Shown: positions 1-11,476 of the stretch, piece after piece
Layout of the letters: each line of letters opens with the position of its first letter
How positions within the stretch are numbered: the stretch's first letter is position 1
Assembly: GCA_963752595.1 (NCBI GenBank)
Contig: CAVVYZ010000031.1
Location: forward strand, 1-57,212
Origin: an uncultured delta proteobacterium
GTDB lineage: Bacteria > Desulfobacterota > Desulfomonilia > UBA1062
DNA length: 57,212 nt
Reading direction: 5' to 3'
Notes under the pieces: model-generated
Told to the model about the DNA's origin: nothing
What the model saw: only the letters and a program-made list of their open reading frames with translations
The model's database searches: none
Translations under genes and position numbers: made by a program

Positions 1-606
1 GGCACTACCCATCATTCCTGTGAAGATATCGCCATCATGCGTTCCTTACCGAACATGACCGTGATCTGTCCTGGAGATGCAGTAGAAGTGAGACAAGCTT
101 TAAAGGCATCCCTGAACCATAACGGCCCTGTGTACCTGAGACTGGGTAAGGTGAAAGAGCCCGTGATACACGAGACGGTCCCTGATTTTACCATTGGCAA
201 GGGCATCATTATCCGGGAAGGCACCTCTGTCTGTATCCTCAGTACGGGGAATACCCTTCCCATTGCCGGACAGTCCGCCAAGAACCTGGAAAAATCAAAA
301 ATAAGCACACGAATCGTCAGTATGCATACGGTCAAACCCCTGGATCTCGATCTTTTGGAAGATGTCTTCTCCAGGTTCCAGCTGGTGGCGACCATTGAAG
401 AACACAGCCTGATCGGTGGACTTGGGTCGAGTGTAGCCGAGTGGCTTGCCGATCATCAGATCCGGGATACCCGATTCATGCGATTCGGAACTCCTGACGA
501 ATTTCTGAGCAAATGCGGCACACAGGAGAATATCAGAACACGTATCGGCCTTGATCCCGATGCAATTGCGGCTCGTATTTGCTCAGAACTAGGAAAGGAT
601 CAATAA
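1..606 (+). CDS. Transketolase C-terminal/pyrimidine-binding subunit (5' partial)
   Basis: Frame open from base 1; motifs THHSCEDIAIMRSLPNMTV, GPVYLRLGK, TIEEHSLIGGLGS. Confidence 0.9.
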   Translation, partial: GTTHHSCEDIAIMRSLPNMTVICPGDAVEVRQALKASLNHNGPVYLRLGKVKEPVIHETVPDFTIGKGIIIREGTSVCILSTGNTLPIAGQSAKNLEKSKISTRIVSMHTVKPLDLDLLEDVFSRFQLVATIEEHSLIGGLGSSVAEWLADHQIRDTRFMRFGTPDEFLSKCGTQENIRTRIGLDPDAIAARICSELGKDQ

Positions 607-618
607 GAGAACATTGCC

Positions 619-1266
619 ATGCTCGTAGGTATTGATTTTGACAATACGATAGTTTCCTATGATAAAATATACTGCATCGTTGCCAGAGAGCAGGGAACAC
701 TCCCCTCCCACCTAACCTTAACTAAAACTCAGCTGAGAAACCGCTTGCGGGCTGAAGGCCGGGAAGATGTCTGGACTGAAATGCAAGGGTATGTGTATGG
801 AGAACGTATGCAGGAAGCCAGGCCTTTCCCGGGTGTCATCGAGTTCTTCTCTTATTCAGAGAAATCCGGGATTCCGGTTGCGATCATAAGCCATAGGACA
901 AAATATCCATACAGAGGTCCGAGGTATGACCTCCATATCGCTGCAAAGCAATGGCTGCAGGAAAACATGCTCACCGGCACCGGACAGACGCTCCTTCGTG
1001 AAGATCAGGTTTTCTTTGAAGTCAGCAAAGAAGATAAGATAAAACGTATCGTACAACAAGGATGCACCCATTTTATTGATGACCTTCCTGAATTTCTTCT
1101 CGATTCGAATTTCCCGGACAAGGTGACCAGAATCCTTTTCGATCCGGAAAGCTGCTATGAAGATTCACCCCATTTCCATCGTGCAAATTCATGGGAAGAG
1201 ATTCGTGCGATGGTGTCCCATCTCCGAGAATTCAGATCTCCCAGGTCCACAAGGCATTCAGCTTGA
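619..1266 (+). CDS. HAD-superfamily hydrolase
   Basis: N-terminal DFDNT (DxDxT) and FIDD motif IV. Confidence 0.8.
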   Translation: MLVGIDFDNTIVSYDKIYCIVAREQGTLPSHLTLTKTQLRNRLRAEGREDVWTEMQGYVYGERMQEARPFPGVIEFFSYSEKSGIPVAIISHRTKYPYRGPRYDLHIAAKQWLQENMLTGTGQTLLREDQVFFEVSKEDKIKRIVQQGCTHFIDDLPEFLLDSNFPDKVTRILFDPESCYEDSPHFHRANSWEEIRAMVSHLREFRSPRSTRHSA

Positions 1267-2325
1267 AATCATCCGGAAATATTTTGATAGAATCAGGTCT
1301 GGAAAAACCGGTAGCCGAATTAGCTGCTGAAGCAGGGCTTAAGGGCGATGTTCGTCTGGAAGAGCTTCCCTGCGGAGGTAATAACAGGGTCTTCCGCTTG
1401 TATGACAGCATGCATTCTTATCTTCTCAAATGGTATTTTACCCATAGCAATGATCCCCGTAACCGGCTGGATGCTGAGTTTTCATTTTTGGTTTTTGCCT
1501 GGGAAAATGGCGTTCATCGTCTTCCCCGGCCAATTGCATGCAGCAGGAAGAACTCCCTTGCTTTGTATGAATTCATTGGAGGAAAAAGAATATCATCACA
1601 TAAGGTTACACGGTCGCAAGTAGAGCAGGCAGCTGATTTTTTCTACGATCTTAATATCCATAAAAACAGCGAATCGGCCAGTCGGATACCCTCTGCATCA
1701 GAGGCATGCTTCAGTCTGGCCGAGCACATGAAACTGGTCGAACAAAGGGTAAGTAAACTCAAGAGTATCGAGAGCAACGATCGTACGGATAATGAGGCTC
1801 TGGATTTTGTGATCAATCACCTCGATCCTGCCATGAAGACTGTTCATGATCAGATAACAACCGCGGCAGAACAAATGCAGCTCGATGTAGACCTCACGCT
1901 TGAAGCTTCTGATAGATGTCTATCTCCTTCCGACTTTGGTTTCCATAATGCCATCGTAACAGGTGATAACAATATACATTTCATCGATTTTGAATATGCG
2001 GGCTGGGATGATCCAGCCAAAACGATTTGTGATTTCTTTTGCCAGCTTGCAATTTCTGTCCCGAAAAAGTATTTCCCCTATTTCCTGTCCAAAATCTCAC
2101 GATCATCAGCCGACCCCCGATTCTTGAACCAGAGGGTTACGTTGCTCTACCCTCTACATCATAAAATGGTGTTGCATTATCCTGAATGTTTTTCTCCCGG
2201 CAGGTAGAGAACGCGTTATATTTTCAAACCGAGCCGGGTTTCATAGCCGCAAGAAACAACAACTGGAAAAAGTAAGGAACTATTTTCTTCGCAATTTCAA
2301 TACAGAAGAGTCCCTTTTACCATAA
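1263..2325 (+). CDS. Aminoglycoside/choline-kinase-like phosphotransferase (one frameshift near 2160)
   Basis: GGNNRVF, SPSDFGFHN, FIDFEYAGWDDP; C-terminus continues in another frame (IKWCCIILNVFL...) to TAA 2325; TTG start at 1263 inferred. Confidence 0.8.
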
Positions 2326-2355
2326 TATGATATACCTCTCATAAGGAGAAAGCAG

Positions 2356-3429
2356 ATGGAAGACAAGTTCATGATGGATGGTCATAAACTGTTGTGGCAT
2401 CTCGATAGAGTAATCCAGTGGCAGAATGACGAGAGGATAGCTCCTCTCCATATTGATCTGGGGATAACCACCGGCTGCAACATTGCATGCACCTATTGCT
2501 ATGGGGTGTTGCAGGGGCGCACAGGAGAATCCAAAAGATTTGATATGCCCGAAGCAGGACTTCTGAGGCTTCTGAAAGATGCAAAAGATGAAGGCGTAAG
2601 ATCGATTGCCTTTGACGGCCAGGGGGAAAACACCCTGAATGAAGCCTTATATCCCGGACTGAATTACGCAAAGGAAATACGCCTGGACGTCGGCATGGCA
2701 ACGAACGGGACATCCATCCCTGAAGAAAAAGCCAAGGATATGCTCTCGGCTCTGACCTGGATCAGGTTTAACATCAGTGCGGCAACTCATGAATCGTATC
2801 TTCGGATTCACCGGGCAAATAAGTTTGATACCGTTCTGCAGAATATAAGGCTGTGTGTCGATTTGAAAAGAAAATACAACCTGAAAACGACAATCGGCAT
2901 GCAGATGGTATTGATGAGAGATAATATTGAAGACATTGTCCCGCTTGCTTCACTGGGCCAGGAACTTGGTGTTGACTATCTTGTTATTAAACCTTGTTCC
3001 GATGATCCCGAAAAGAGGCTCAATTCACCGACCACCGAATATCTGGATGAGGAATCTTTATTAAAACAGGCGCAGACCTACAGCAGGGACAACTATAATG
3101 TTGTGGTGAAATGGGCTAAATTTATAAACTTAGGTCTCAAAGACTTCACAAAATGTTTCGGCACCCGATTCCTGGTAAATATCAGCGGAGATGGAACCGT
3201 TTTCCCCTGCGGACATTTTTTCAATATACGCAAAGATGAGTTCCAGATGGGCAATGTGCTCGAAACGCCTTTCTCGGAAATCATCAAGAGCGACCGCTAT
3301 TGGGAAGTACAGAGACGAATTGAAAATATTAACGTCAATAACGAGTGTGAAACAAATTGCAGACATTATTACCTGAGTAAATTCCTCTGGAGTCTGAAGA
3401 ATCCTCCGGATCATGTCAATTTCATTTAA
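2356..3429 (+). CDS. Radical SAM protein with SPASM/twitch domain
   Basis: CNIACTYC; C-terminal C...GDGTVFPC...GNV...CxxxC; AGGAG RBS. Confidence 0.9.
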   Translation: MEDKFMMDGHKLLWHLDRVIQWQNDERIAPLHIDLGITTGCNIACTYCYGVLQGRTGESKRFDMPEAGLLRLLKDAKDEGVRSIAFDGQGENTLNEALYPGLNYAKEIRLDVGMATNGTSIPEEKAKDMLSALTWIRFNISAATHESYLRIHRANKFDTVLQNIRLCVDLKRKYNLKTTIGMQMVLMRDNIEDIVPLASLGQELGVDYLVIKPCSDDPEKRLNSPTTEYLDEESLLKQAQTYSRDNYNVVVKWAKFINLGLKDFTKCFGTRFLVNISGDGTVFPCGHFFNIRKDEFQMGNVLETPFSEIIKSDRYWEVQRRIENINVNNECETNCRHYYLSKFLWSLKNPPDHVNFI

Positions 3430-3443
3430 TCGGAACATACTCT

Positions 3444-4298
3444 ATGACAGAAAACCTCTCAATCCTCATTCTCGGTTCCACCGGTGCCCTGGGTACTGCA
3501 ACGGCAGGCATGTGTGAAAAGCGTAATATACCATGCATTCCTTTGGCTCATGAGGATTTCGATTTTACCTCAAAGGAACAGACAGAAGCATTGATCCAAA
3601 AATATCATCCGCAGGCTGTAATTAACTGTGTCGCGATTCCGAGTATCAATCCATGTGAGGAGGACCCTGGCTCCGCCATCATGCTGCACTGCAATTCGGT
3701 CCTCAATCTGGCCGGTCAATGCGCCAGGGATGACATCATGCTTGTTCAACCGAGCTCCCATGCGGTTTTCGATGGAATGAAACATGAGGCATACCTTGAG
3801 GATGATCCAGTCAAAGCAACCAATGTCTATGGTGCTACAAAATTTCTCTCGGAGAGGATTGCAGCTACGTATTGTCCGAAACATTATATTCCGAGATTCC
3901 CGACATTGTTCGGCCCCAGGCGGAATAAATCCATGGGCTTTGTGGACAAAGTCATTACCTGGATCAAAGAAGGGAGAGAATTGAGGATTGCGGATGATAA
4001 GATGGACTCTCCGACATATAACATGGATGCAGCTGATGCCATGATTTCACTGATTACTGGTAACGCTCCCTATGGCATATACCACATCGCCAATCAGGGA
4101 TGGATCAGCTATTATGATTTTGCCTGCAAGATCCGGGAAATCATGAATGCTGACAATATGATCCATAGAGCCAAAGATCAGGATTTCTCTTCAATCTGCT
4201 ACAAACCGCTCAGGACAGCGCTCTTATCCACAAAGATCGAACCACTGAGAGATTATGAAGCGGCATTGAGGGAATATATAAAGGACTATGTGGCTTAA
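3444..4298 (+). CDS. rfbD: dTDP-4-dehydrorhamnose reductase-like SDR
   Basis: GSTGALG, VFDG, YGATK (YxxxK), SPTY, GIYH. Confidence 0.75.
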   Translation: MTENLSILILGSTGALGTATAGMCEKRNIPCIPLAHEDFDFTSKEQTEALIQKYHPQAVINCVAIPSINPCEEDPGSAIMLHCNSVLNLAGQCARDDIMLVQPSSHAVFDGMKHEAYLEDDPVKATNVYGATKFLSERIAATYCPKHYIPRFPTLFGPRRNKSMGFVDKVITWIKEGRELRIADDKMDSPTYNMDAADAMISLITGNAPYGIYHIANQGWISYYDFACKIREIMNADNMIHRAKDQDFSSICYKPLRTALLSTKIEPLRDYEAALREYIKDYVA

Positions 4299-4396
4299 GA
4301 GGAATGACTTTATGAAACCCTGCTCACTTGTCTTTATATCTCATCTAAGCACGGTAAAAGACTTACCTCAGCAAATTTACGTAAGGGGGCTATAAG

Positions 4397-5608
4397 ATGC
4401 TTTTCAAAGACTGGACCAAAAAGATCCTTGCAGAAGAGTTGGAAAAGAAGTTGGATATGGAGTCGATTATTGAAAAGTTCGTGATCTGCAAAGGAAAAGC
4501 TGCCTTTTATCCATGCAGCAGGTATACCCGGCAGATTCTTAAGGAAATAAAGAAAAGAGATTCATCCCTTCTGCAGAAGGTCCTTGGTTGCTTCGACAGG
4601 TCGTCCCAAGCCATGTCAGAGCCGGGGATCCAGGTATATCCCCTCAGCCGGCTGGATGATTTCACCGGGGAGATTGACCTCCTTGTGATTGCATCAAGCA
4701 CTTATTACTCAAGACAGGTAGCGTGAAATACAAGAACTGACCACTATGCGGGTCCTGTTTTGAAGACATCTTTTTTCGACTATTCCATGCCCCAGGGCTC
4801 GCCTGAAACCCTCTTTCGGAGATCGAGAGGATCAGCGGTAAACTCTGTGATACCAAATCTAAAATGATTTATATGGTTTCCTGGTTGTCCGGATCTGAAC
4901 GACGAGGACCTTACCAGTCTGTTCGAAAGTGAGAATGAAATCCCCGAATTTTGCGGCGACTCCATCGATTACAAAGGATACACCATCCAGGGCATCAGTA
5001 ACAGCGAATTGAAGAAGGAACTCTTTGCGGATGTGTATAAAATGAAACATGTGTGCCTTTCACAGGGAGACGTGGTCCTGGACATAGGGGCATTCAGGGG
5101 TGAGACAGCTATTGTTTTTGCAGATTCCGTAGGTGATACGGGCAAGGTTTATGCTTTCGAACCCATCGGAGCATCCTATGAGATCATGAAGCAGAACATT
5201 CCTAGCAACGGACTGACAAAAATTATAGAGCCGGTGAACATGGGCTGCTCAAGCAGGTCTCAAACAACCGCCGCAGTATCCGTAGAGTCCGGTGATCCCT
5301 GGAATTTTATCAGTGAAGATGACGGATCGGTCCCGGTCCGGCTTACGACGATCGATGAGTTTGTTTTTTCAAACAACCTCAAAAAAGTAGATTTCATAAA
5401 AATGGACGTCGAAGGTTTTGAAAATGACGCTCTCCTCGGAGCCCAGAAAGTCCTAAAGACCTTCCGTCCCAAATTGGCCATTGCACTCTATCACAAGAGT
5501 AGTGATATACTTACCATCCCTGAATTCATATCCGGAATTGTGGATTACAATATGTATGTCAGGTGCAATATGGATGGACCTTACGGCCTGAACCTTTTTT
5601 GTATGTAA
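4397..5608 (+). CDS. FkbM-family methyltransferase with N-terminal extension (frameshifted)
   Basis: VLDIGAFRGE, VYAFEP, DFIKMDVEGFE in 5009-5608; upstream 4397-4726 probably the same gene. Confidence 0.75.
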
Positions 5609-5638
5609 TCCCTGTGATGATAGGTAAGGAGGAGCAGC

Positions 5639-7082
5639 ATGCAGAAAGTATTACTGATCAATATGAATACACGTTGGTTTGGAATAAGACACTGGAACGA
5701 CATACCATATGGCCTTTGCATTTTAAAAGCCTCATTAAAAGAAAAGTACCATGTAAAGATACTTGACGCAAATTTCTACAATTATAACGAACAGGCATTG
5801 AAAGAAGAATGCCAGAAATACTTGCCGGATGTGATTGGTATTTCCTGTATGTCCATGGAATACAAAAAAACTCTCATACGAACAGCTCAACTTGTAAAGG
5901 AAATATTACCTGATGTCCCGTTGTTGCCGGAGGTATATACCCCACGTTATTTCCGGAAGAAATAATATGCGAGAACGGAATAGATTACATTATTATGGGA
6001 GAAGGGGAGTTCAGATTTGATAAGTTGCTTCAATATTTACAGAATAAATCATTTTCTATAGAAGATATTGATGGCGTGGCCTACAAGCGAAATGGCTCTC
6101 CATCATACAAAATGTGAAGAACTATATTGATGACTTGGATGTTGTTCCTCTTCCGGATTATAGTGAACTGGATTATCTTGCATATTCATCTTCTGCTACA
6201 AAATATTCACACTATACTCATCCCATGAGGTTTCCTTACGGCAGAATAATAACTTCCCGGGGATGTCCTTACGATTGTATTTTTTGCAGCAGCAAAAAGA
6301 TTAACGGTGAGAAAATCAGATTCAGGTCGGCAAAGTCTGTGTTGGAGGAGATAGACTGGCTTGTACATGGATATGGCGTCAAAGAAATAATATTTTATGA
6401 TGACAATCTGATCATTAACCGCAAAAGAATTGTTGAAATATTGGAAGGCCTTATTGAAAGGAATTATGACCTCCAATGGAAACCAACAAGCATCGCAGTA
6501 TACGCTCTTGATGATGACTTGCTGGAGTTAATCCGTAAGGCTGGATGTTATCAATTGGTGTTAGCTCTCGAATCAGGAACCGAAGAAGGTTTGAAGATCA
6601 TCAAGAAACCTTTTAGAAAGCTTGAGAAGACGCAAAAAGTCATTGCCAAAGCAAAATCGTTGGGTTTCTATTTGAGCGCAGGATTTGTCATAGGACTACC
6701 CGGCGAGACCTGGGAACAAATACTCCAGACATTTCGCTTTGCAGAGAGTCTGGATATCGATTACTGCACATTCAGCGTAGCAACGCCCCTGCCAAAAACA
6801 GAGCTTTATGAAATCTGCAAAAAAAACAACTTACTTGTTCCTAATTTCAGTTTTAATGATGAATCTATTACAGGATTTGGAAAGCCCAGCATCCATACCT
6901 CAGAGTTTACCCCTGGAGAGCTTGCCGTCTTACGTGCTTTTGAATGGGATAGAATAAACTTTAAGACCCAAAAGCAAGTGGAAAGAATTGCTTTAATGAA
7001 TGGCATAGATGTCGAAGATGTCCATCAATGGAGAATAAATACTCGGAGAAACGCTTTAGATTTTATAAAGAACAATCATTGA
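5639..7082 (+). CDS. B12-binding radical SAM protein (frameshifted)
   Basis: PYGLCILKA..., GEGE, TSRGCPYDCIFC, ESG, GLPGET. Confidence 0.85.
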
Positions 7083-7089
7083 ATTTATC

Positions 7090-8642
7090 ATGAAAATACT
7101 TTTCATATTTTACGAAGATCCAGGTAATCCTACAAGCTTCCCGCTAGGCATAGGGCTTCTTTCTTCTCTACTGAAAAAAAATGGTCATACCGTCAGAGGA
7201 TTACATATCCATAAAAATCTTGAAGAAATAGGAGTTCTAGAGGAGATTATTTCAGATGTTAAACAGTTTGACCCAGATCTTCTCGCATTTTCTTGCACCT
7301 CACCTGCCTTTCAAGGCATTAAAAAAATCGCCGCATATCTCCGCACTGAAGTAGGAATACCTGCAATATGCGGAGGCTCCCATCCAACCCTCTACCCGGA
7401 AGAGACTCTTTCTGCAGTCGGAATCGATTATGTCTGTGTTGGAGAGGGGGAGATTGCTTTTATCGAGTTCATCAAGTCCCTTGAGAGGGGAGAGAAAGGT
7501 TCCCTGATTCCCGGAATCTATTCTTTGGACGAAAAGAAAAATCTCTCAAGAACAAAACTCTATCCCCTGGTTCAAGATCTTGATCGCCTTCCATGGATAG
7601 ACTACGATGTTTTTGGAAATCAGTATATAAAACAGGAAACAGCCGATGGCTGGCTCCGCCACATAACTTCCCGTGGTTGCCCATACAGCTGTACCTACTG
7701 TCATACCCCCATGTTCAGGAAAGTTTATTCCGATGGTATCGGGGTGAGTGAGGGAAAACTTGGCTATGTCCGTTTCAGAGGGGTCGACTCGCTGATAGAA
7801 GAACTTAAGGAAATGGCCGGGAAATATGAACTCAAGGTCATCAACTTCATGGATGACCTGTTCTGTTTGAAAAGAGATCGCACCCTGGATTTCTGCAGCA
7901 AATTCAAAGACCGCCTGCCTGAACACGTTGGGTACTCGATCCAGACACACCTGCAGCACTTCGACAGGGAATGGTGGATGCTACTCAGGGATTCACGATG
8001 CCTCAGGGTAGTTGTGGGGGTAGAGAGCGGATCGCAGAGGATACTCGACCTTTTCAACAGGAGGACAACGCCTGGGAAGATGGCAGAAAAGCTTTCCCTC
8101 CTGGTGAATGCCCGCTTCCCTTTGGGCACGTGGTCGCTGAACATACTGGGGAACCCGACTGAAACGAAAGAAGAGATGATCCAAACACTGGCGCTCAATG
8201 CACAACTTCTTGTGGAGAGAGTCAAGATCAACATTATGGCGCCCTATCCTAAAAGTAGAATCTATGATTATTGCATCGAGGAGAATCTTTTCTCCGGAGA
8301 TGTTGATAATCAGGAATTCAAGGACCGAAGTACCACCAAACTCAAATTCCCGGAAAAAGAGCAGGCTTTCCTGGAAAAATTCTTCGATATCGGACACTGG
8401 TACATGAATGTAATCTGCACCGCTGAATATTGGAGATATACTACAGGCCGCTGATTGAAGAGGTCGAAAAAATCGGTCCCGGTGAGTGGGAAAGGGTAAG
8501 GGATCAATACCTCGATGAGGATGCCAGGCTGTCAAGCCATCTAACGAATAATAACCTTCCCTATTATAACTTCGTGCTCAGGGGGAAAGTGTATTCCAAT
8601 GTGATCGGACTGATCGGAGGAAGACAATCACATGCTGAGTGA
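7090..8642 (+). CDS. B12-binding radical SAM protein (frameshift near 8430)
   Basis: PLGIGLLS, GGSHPT, GEGE, TSRGCPYSCTYC, GVESGS; 8430-8642 continues the C-terminus. Confidence 0.85.
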
Positions 8643-9705
8643 TAAGATATCTGTAATAATTCCCAACTATAACCACGGGCATTTCATCGGCCATGAGCTC
8701 AAAGCAATTGTCGAACAGTCTGTCCAGCCCTTCGAGGTTATCGTCATCGATGACGGCTCGACGACAACAGTGTCGAGGTGATCGAAGTCTTTTGTCAGGC
8801 AGTATCCCAACATCAAGCTGTTTAAAAATGCAAAGAACATGGGTACATACTACGCCCTTGAGAAGGCCCTGGGAATAGCGACCGGGAATACATCGCACCT
8901 GCTGCTTCGGATGACATTATGTTACCAGGTTACTTTGAAAAGCAGATGGACTTGCTGAACAAATATCCCCAGGCAGGGCTGTGTAGCGGTCTGTCTCTCA
9001 AGATGAATGAGAACGGCACAGTAACCGGCTCCATCCCCACAGCGGTCATATCGAGCAAGGGCACCTACCCGTCCCCGGCCAAAGTCCGGCAACACCTTGA
9101 CAGGTACGGCAGCTGGATCAACGGCAACACGACCATATACCGGAGAGCCTGCATGGACGAGTTCGGCGGCTTCAGAAAAGAGCTGCTTTCCTATACCGAC
9201 GGCTTTCTGGAGCTCATTATTGCCCTGAAGATACGGGGCATGCTTCGTGCCGGAACCCTTAAGTATCTGGCGGGAGATGCATACCGGAATCAGTCTGGAG
9301 ACCGCTGCCAGTATTGAAAAGACCAAACTCGTTATCGATAATACCGTCAGACTTATGCGATCCGATGATCTTTCAGAATATTTTTCTGAGACTTTCATTG
9401 AGAAGTGGGAAAAGAGAAGGCGTTTCTGGATCGGCGATGCACTGGCTAAAAGGTTGAAGCACCACCACAAGGAGGTTTTCGAAGAGATAGACAAGCTCTA
9501 CGAGAACAGGACACCCCTCGACAGGATTGTGAGAAAAGTCTGCTCTTCACTCATTCTTCTTGAAAGCAGTACCATATTCACGTACTTTACCTTGAAGAAT
9601 TTTCATGGGGCCTTTTTCAACGTCTTCATGAACAGGCTCCTGTTTATTGTGAAAACCCGGCTGAAGAGACTTTTTGATTCCGAGGTGGAGCGGCCCTATG
9701 TCTAA
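8632..9705 (+). CDS. Glycosyltransferase family 2 (multiple frameshifts)
   Basis: MLSDKISVIIPNYNHG..., EVIVIDDGST, ASDD read across frames. Confidence 0.8.
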
Positions 9706-9729
9706 TGAGACGTTATCCGGGATTTCTCT

Positions 9730-9991
9730 ATGAAGCTCATCCTCATCAATACGGCTTACATTACTTCCTATGGGTGCGGGTTGTCCTATTGAACTGCCGG
9801 GTCTTGCATACAGCGCTGCCATAATCGAGGGAAACGACAGATACGAAGCTGAAATCAAGGATTGTAGGGGCTTGACGAGAGTGCTGAAAAGGTGGACGGC
9901 GCATATCGGATGGGATTGGATGAAAATGAAGTGGAGCCCACTCAAAAATACAACCTCCGGCTTTATGCATGACCTGGTGAATAAAATTTGA
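9730..9991 (+). pseudogene. Remnant of a B12 radical SAM gene (N-terminus only)
   Basis: MKLILIN...LPGLAYSAAIIE..YEAEIKDC resembles the N-termini of neighbouring B12-rSAMs; no CxxxCxxC. Confidence 0.45.
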
Positions 9992-11448
9992 AGATCTTTT
10001 TCATATACGCAAGGAAAACACGGTCGGAATCGAACATCCCGCCTCTGGGAATAATGTCCCTGGCAGCTGTCCTGCGGAAGAACGGGTACTCTGACGTCAA
10101 GCTCTTCGACCTGGCCATCCACTCCGATGAATACATAATCAGGGAATGTCTCGAACATCGGCCCGACCTCATTGGACTGTCGACTGATTCCATAAGCTAT
10201 GAGAACGGCTCTGCAACTATCAGGTCCATCCAGGCCCAATACTCCGGAGCCCGATACATCGCAGGCGGGGTGCATCCGACCATAGCCCCGGAACAGACTC
10301 TTAAAGAGACGGGAAGCGAGGTCGCAGTAATAGGGGAGGGAGAAGAAACCATTGCAGAATTGGTGAACAGATTCGATTCTGGTCATGGATACGCCGATGT
10401 AAGAGGCATTGCCTACTTCGATGGCGGGAAGCTCGTCATGACCGAGCCAAGGCCTCTCATCGATGGCCTGGATGCCGTACCCTTTCCTGCCCGTGATCTC
10501 CTGCCCATGGACAGGTATCTCAATGTCTGTCCGGATATACCCATGCTCTATCCGACCATGACCATCATGGCCAGCCGCGGCTGCAAGGGCAACTGCATCT
10601 ACTGCCAGCCCGTTGTCAAAACCCTCTTCGGAAAGAAAATGCGCCACCGGAGCGTGCCCAATGTCATCGAAGAAATCATCCGGCTCCAGAATACTTACTC
10701 ATTCAGTTCACTCTATTTCGCAGACGACGAGCTGCTCTTCAACGGCCGCGAATGGATCGAGGAGTTGTGCAATACCCTCATCGAAAGGAAACTGAATCTG
10801 AAGTGGGTCTGTCAGGGCCGCGTCGACCAGATCGACGAGGATCTCATGGCGCTCATGAAGAAGTCCGGGCTCTACGCCATGGGCTTCGGCGTCGAGTCAG
10901 GGTCCCAGCAGATCCTCAACACCATGCGCAAGGGATACCGGGTCGAGAAGATCGCCGAGGCTTTCGAGATCTGCAGGCGGAAAGGCATCATAACCACCTG
11001 CAACCTCATGGTCGGGACTCCTGGAGAAACCCGCGAAACGATCCAGGAGAGCATCGACATGCTCAGGAAGGTGAAACCCGACCTTGTACGGGTAAGCATA
11101 ACCACACCCACGCCGGGCAGCGATCTCCACGCGAAGATGGAAGCCGAGGGCCGCATCAACCTGAAGAGGCTCTCCGAGTTCGACCGGTGGGCAGCCTACC
11201 CTATCAGGCTCGACGGCTTCACCAAGGAGGATATCCAGCAGTCCATAAGAGACCTTCTGGGTACTTTCTATAAGAATTTTTTCAGCTTACTGAAGAGGCC
11301 CGGAATATTAATGAAGCGCCGGTATTTCTTCAGGATACTGTTCAAACGTCAGCTCCAGATAGCCAGGAACCCGCTTCGCCTCTGGAAGGATATCACATTC
11401 TATCTCACCTATTTCTGGAGAAGGATGGGCCGTGATGAGTCTGTCTGA
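9988..11448 (+). CDS. B12-binding radical SAM protein
   Basis: PPLGIMSLAAVL, GGVHPT, GEGE, SRGCKGNCIYC, GVESGS, GTPGET; intact 486 aa. Confidence 0.9.
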   Translation: MKIFFIYARKTRSESNIPPLGIMSLAAVLRKNGYSDVKLFDLAIHSDEYIIRECLEHRPDLIGLSTDSISYENGSATIRSIQAQYSGARYIAGGVHPTIAPEQTLKETGSEVAVIGEGEETIAELVNRFDSGHGYADVRGIAYFDGGKLVMTEPRPLIDGLDAVPFPARDLLPMDRYLNVCPDIPMLYPTMTIMASRGCKGNCIYCQPVVKTLFGKKMRHRSVPNVIEEIIRLQNTYSFSSLYFADDELLFNGREWIEELCNTLIERKLNLKWVCQGRVDQIDEDLMALMKKSGLYAMGFGVESGSQQILNTMRKGYRVEKIAEAFEICRRKGIITTCNLMVGTPGETRETIQESIDMLRKVKPDLVRVSITTPTPGSDLHAKMEAEGRINLKRLSEFDRWAAYPIRLDGFTKEDIQQSIRDLLGTFYKNFFSLLKRPGILMKRRYFFRILFKRQLQIARNPLRLWKDITFYLTYFWRRMGRDESV

Positions 11449-11476
11449 TTCTTGCAGATGACATGAAGGCCGGACA

